This document shows positions 60,261 to 64,000 of a stretch of DNA of 64,000 bases, in pieces. The stretch comes from Salinivirgaceae bacterium (GTDB lineage: Bacteria; Bacteroidota; Bacteroidia; Bacteroidales; SZUA-534): the NCBI GenBank assembly GCA_050179685.1, contig JBFXEW010000017.1:1-64000 (forward strand), in the 5' to 3' direction. The position numbers and the translations under genes are program-made. Each line of letters starts with the position of its first letter. The first letter of the stretch is position 1. The notes beneath the pieces are model-generated. The model did not search any database. It worked only from the letters and a program-made list of their open reading frames with translations, and was not told the origin of the DNA.

Positions 60261-61949
60261 TTATTCCTTATGTAAGGGTAAAATTATCGACATGGTGGTG
60301 TATTTCCCAACTTCAGAATCGACCTCAATTTTGCCCTTATGATTTTGTACAATTCCATGAACAATAGCCAAACCCAAACCTACCCCATTCACTTTTTGTT
60401 TGGCCGAAAAGAAGGGCTCAAAAATATGCTGAATATCGTCGGGGCTGATTCCAATTCCATTATCAACTATGTCGAGTTTTATGTGCTCATTGTCGGGATT
60501 TGACGTGCGCATGACCACTTCGCCATTTTCAGAAACCGCTTCCGATGCATTAACCAGCATGGCAATACAGGCTTGCTTAATCTGGTTCTCGCGACAGCTG
60601 ATAATATCGTTGGCCGCTTTAAAATCGGTATAAAAATGTATGTTCGATATCTTAAGCTGATGCGACATTAAATCGTAAGCTTCTTTTAAAATTTTGTGCA
60701 TGGGTTTGGCTTCAAAATTCTCCTGATCTTTACGCGAAAAATCGAGCAGGCTTTTTACAATATCGCCACAGCGTTTGGTTTCCGACTCAATTATCTTCAG
60801 GTATTTCAACATCGAATCTTTGGAATTTTGTTCCATCTGATTCTTTTCAAGCAACTTGTGAACCAGTTTGGTATAAGTTAAAACACCCGAAAGCGGGTTG
60901 TTAATTTCGTGCGCAACCGACGACGACAGCTTACCCAGCGATGCAATCCGCTCAATATGTATCAGTTCCTTTTGCATCTGCACCAGCTTATCCGACTTTT
61001 TCTGCACTTTATATTCCAACTGTTTCGACCAGTTTTGAAGCTCCAGATTAGCAGTATTCAGGTTATCGAGCATGTTGTTAAAAGCCTGCGAAACCATGCG
61101 CATATCGTCGAGTAAATTGGGTTTTATTTCGATGCGGGTTGACCGATCGCCATTGGCTACCGATTCGCTGGCCAGAATTATGGAGTGTAAGGGTTTTTTT
61201 ATTTTACTGCTGGTAAAAAGTATTAAAAACAGCACCAGCAAAACGGTGGTAATGGTGGCTAAAATAAAAAACTCTGTCGAAGAACGTTTAATAGATCCGT
61301 CGAGTTCGGTTAATGGAACTTTTATAATTAACGAACCCAATAACTTATCGTTTTCGCTGTGATAATGGCAATCGGCAGTAAAGCACGATTTTTCGTTTAA
61401 TATGGGTTTACGGATAAGCAATTGCCGATGTCCACGCTCGGTCTGGTTCATGCTGCAAGCGCTTTTCATATCGATTATTCGGTACGATTTTTCTTCCTGC
61501 GAAAACATGGTATTAAAATCACTATGGCACGAAATACAATTGGCATTACTAATGCCCGATAATTCGCTGTCGTGGGTTGAAAAAACCAGACTGTCGGTAT
61601 GGTTATACATATTCACCTCGTCGATTCCGGGAATGGTATTAATAATATCCAAACTGCTTTGCAAGGCACCTTTATCGTTGGTTAGCATGGAATAATACAG
61701 CGAACCTTCGACCATAGAACCAACCATGTTACCATTTTGCTTAATAACTGTATTCAGGTACTCGCGGTACACATAGTGAAAAATGGAACCAAACGATAAA
61801 AATAGAATTAAAGATAAAATACTTATGGTATATACTACCCGGCCATAAATTGAACGGTGAAATCGAAGGTATTTTTTCAGTTTAGGCTTGATGGTTCCGT
61901 TTATATTTGTTGCAGTTTGCTCTTCCATACCCAAGGTGAAAATAAACAA
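60261..61949 (-). CDS. sensor histidine kinase with periplasmic CxxCH-containing sensor domain
   Basis: 562 aa; a TM helix and a periplasmic region carrying CISCH. A second TM and HAMP region lead to the H-box (SVAHEINNP) and HATPase G-boxes. Confidence 0.8.
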   Translation of the reverse strand: MFIFTLGMEEQTATNINGTIKPKLKKYLRFHRSIYGRVVYTISILSLILFLSFGSIFHYVYREYLNTVIKQNGNMVGSMVEGSLYYSMLTNDKGALQSSLDIINTIPGIDEVNMYNHTDSLVFSTHDSELSGISNANCISCHSDFNTMFSQEEKSYRIIDMKSACSMNQTERGHRQLLIRKPILNEKSCFTADCHYHSENDKLLGSLIIKVPLTELDGSIKRSSTEFFILATITTVLLVLFLILFTSSKIKKPLHSIILASESVANGDRSTRIEIKPNLLDDMRMVSQAFNNMLDNLNTANLELQNWSKQLEYKVQKKSDKLVQMQKELIHIERIASLGKLSSSVAHEINNPLSGVLTYTKLVHKLLEKNQMEQNSKDSMLKYLKIIESETKRCGDIVKSLLDFSRKDQENFEAKPMHKILKEAYDLMSHQLKISNIHFYTDFKAANDIISCRENQIKQACIAMLVNASEAVSENGEVVMRTSNPDNEHIKLDIVDNGIGISPDDIQHIFEPFFSAKQKVNGVGLGLAIVHGIVQNHKGKIEVDSEVGKYTTMSIILPLHKE

Positions 61950-62027
61950 GTGATTGATTGATTTTTATGGATGCAAATTAGCAAAAACCGGGCATTTACA
62001 CACCCGGTTTTTCCTGTATTATGTCAG

Positions 62028-62777
62028 CTATTTTAAAAATTCCTTCTGAAAACTATTCCAGACCTCAGCATTCATTTCAGCCAGCGGATAGTCCATCAGC
62101 TCACCTCCTTCCTGCAAAACTACATTGCTTAAGTTTGCATTGCTTTCGGCCATCGATACGGCAACAAAATCCTTAAAGCGGCTCATCTCGCTTTCGTACC
62201 ATGCTTTTGAGTCTTCGCCCAAATAGTACTGGTTGGTTTCTGCTTTCCAATTGGCCGGTTCAATTTTATAAAGCCAGCCCCCATCGAAAGGATTCTCGAG
62301 CATTTTTTCCGGAGCTTCGAAGACTTTAAAATTGGCCTTTAAAATGGTTCCCGAAATGGGCGAAAGCACCTCGAGCGATTTGCCATCTTTTATCAGTGTA
62401 GAAATAACATCGCCTTTTTTAACGGTTTCTCCAACTGATTTTAAAGATTCAACATTCGACGCCCCGGTAATATGTAACAACCAATCGTCGATTCCAATCT
62501 GAGCATTACCCGATTTCTCGAGAAAAGCCCAGGTGTGATGCTGGCTGTAAAAAACGCCTTTCGGAATTTTCAACACTGAAGTAGTTAAGCGACTCAGCGA
62601 ATCCTGAATTTTAGCTACAAACTTTGTTTTTCGGTTTATCATAATCCAAAAAGGAATCAAAACCATGAAAAACGCTATGATAATTAAGTATTCAATACCT
62701 TTTGTCTGAAAGATATCGTGATAAGTAAAACCATCCATAATTGTAAATTTTAAATCAATTGAACTGCTTACATCCAA
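62028..62777 (-). CDS. membrane-anchored glycine-cleavage-H-like (lipoyl/biotinyl-type fold) protein
   Basis: 249 aa; an N-terminal TM helix is followed by a GcvH-like region (HHTWAF...GIDDWLL...VESLKSVGETVKKGDVI...GGWLYKIE). Confidence 0.4.
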   Translation of the reverse strand: MDVSSSIDLKFTIMDGFTYHDIFQTKGIEYLIIIAFFMVLIPFWIMINRKTKFVAKIQDSLSRLTTSVLKIPKGVFYSQHHTWAFLEKSGNAQIGIDDWLLHITGASNVESLKSVGETVKKGDVISTLIKDGKSLEVLSPISGTILKANFKVFEAPEKMLENPFDGGWLYKIEPANWKAETNQYYLGEDSKAWYESEMSRFKDFVAVSMAESNANLSNVVLQEGGELMDYPLAEMNAEVWNSFQKEFLK

Positions 62778-62792
62778 TTGTGGTTAAACAAA

Positions 62793-63998
62793 CTATTTTT
62801 TAGCCCACTCGGGCGATTCACGCAATACCGGCATGCGGTTTATAATCCAACGGAAAATCCAAATTTCAGTAAAGATTACAGCCAGTGTAACTGCAATTTC
62901 CATCCACGAGGGATAATATGGTATGGCTGCATCCCATTTGAAACCAATTACGGTTACATTCAAGCGGTTAATAATAATTCCAAGCATGGTAATTACTGCC
63001 GCCACTTTAGCCATAAAAAAGCTGTTCTTTTTATAACTGTAAACAAACAAAAGCATGGGTAACAGCACAAACCCAAACATTTCGGTTAAAAACCATAAAC
63101 CCCACGATGTAGTTAAATGGCTCCAGTGTTGTTCATGAACAAAAATTAAAACCTGTAAAAAGAAATAGGCAAACATGGCCATGGCACATATTTTACACAG
63201 GCTAATTACAATGGAATGGTGGGCTTTTTGATTTTTTTCATTAATCTGGTCGGAGAATACTTTGTTGCTGATGGAACCTTCAAATATTACCATCGATAAT
63301 CCGGCAAAAATACTGGACACAAAAAACATGATGGGTATAAACTCATTGTACCAAAGGGGATGAATTTTATCTTTAGCCATTAGAAATAAGGCACCCAAAC
63401 CCGATTGATGCAAAGTTGAAAGGGTGATTCCAAAAATAACAGCACCAATGGTCATGGCTGATAGTATTTTATGTGCTCTTTTATGGCCAATCCATTCGGC
63501 AATAGCCGGCGAAAACTCAATAAGCTGAGCTATCATATACAATAAAAAGTGCCAGGCAACCAAAAACAAAACCGAGCTGGTACCAAAACTATTTCCAATA
63601 ATGGGATTAACTACGTTCCATGGGCGACCTAAATCGAGCAGTAGTGCGCCGGCATAAAATACATAAGCCAAAAATCCATTAAGTACGGTTACCCGAACAA
63701 TGGAATGGTACTTTTTCATGTTCAGTATGTAAACCATAAAAGTTATAACGTAGGCACCACCAGCAAAAGCTACTCCGGTAACTACATCGAAACCAATCCA
63801 AAGTCCCCAGGGAACATCCTGCGTTAAATTGGTAATGGAACCGATACCGTATATAAAACGGATAACAATTAACACCAAACCCAATAGCATTATGGGTAAC
63901 GATATCACATTAAAAGGGGTTAACCATTTTCCTTTTGGTCTTAATTCCTGCTTCAGAAATTGCCAAATATTTTTCCCATCGTTATCACGATAAATCAT
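62793..63998 (-). CDS. NrfD/PsrC-family polytopic membrane quinone-interacting subunit
   Basis: 401 aa; ~10 TM helices and an N-terminus typical of the NrfD/polysulfide reductase anchor family. The start codon lies at the window edge. Confidence 0.6.
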   Translation of the reverse strand: MIYRDNDGKNIWQFLKQELRPKGKWLTPFNVISLPIMLLGLVLIVIRFIYGIGSITNLTQDVPWGLWIGFDVVTGVAFAGGAYVITFMVYILNMKKYHSIVRVTVLNGFLAYVFYAGALLLDLGRPWNVVNPIIGNSFGTSSVLFLVAWHFLLYMIAQLIEFSPAIAEWIGHKRAHKILSAMTIGAVIFGITLSTLHQSGLGALFLMAKDKIHPLWYNEFIPIMFFVSSIFAGLSMVIFEGSISNKVFSDQINEKNQKAHHSIVISLCKICAMAMFAYFFLQVLIFVHEQHWSHLTTSWGLWFLTEMFGFVLLPMLLFVYSYKKNSFFMAKVAAVITMLGIIINRLNVTVIGFKWDAAIPYYPSWMEIAVTLAVIFTEIWIFRWIINRMPVLRESPEWAKK

Positions 63999-64000
63999 TG

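Overview
This window looks like a Bacteroidota chromosome (AT-rich intergenic regions, Bacteroidetes-type gene content). The left third, about 1-22160, has the character of a defense/accessory island. It carries an SPFH-RtcB pair and a Type I restriction-modification (R-M) locus whose hsdM-hsdS and hsdR genes are split by about 7.8 kb of inserted cargo. The cargo holds an AbiL/PARIS-like AAA ATPase + RloB-like pair. It also holds a three-gene cassette of a metallo-beta-lactamase (MBL) fold protein, a large E1(ThiF)-JAB/JAMM fusion protein and a small membrane protein, which resembles a ubiquitin-like conjugation regulated immune module and appears undescribed. Downstream on the opposite strand sits a WYL/BrxR-like regulator heading two unknown genes. 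A tRNA 3'-end fragment at about 22141-22161 plausibly marks the island edge. The remainder is mostly housekeeping or core: a DEAD-box helicase, butyrate kinase, a cytoplasm-facing molybdopterin oxidoreductase with a fused FeS-membrane subunit, a ParE/RelE-like toxin-antitoxin (TA) pair, Lrp + aminotransferase, a fused ABC transporter, sensor kinases, RmuC, a cold-shock protein, a trehalose synthesis/GH15 pair, a sodium:solute symporter (SSS), an RND efflux operon, and a sigma-54 two-component system next to NrfD-like and GcvH-like membrane proteins. Several unexplained non-coding structures stand out: a 21-22 bp phased tandem array, a 'tagac/cactgg' repeat family flanking a histidine kinase, and long hairpins or inverted repeats. 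All calls rest on motif-level reading of the supplied translations; no database searches were run.
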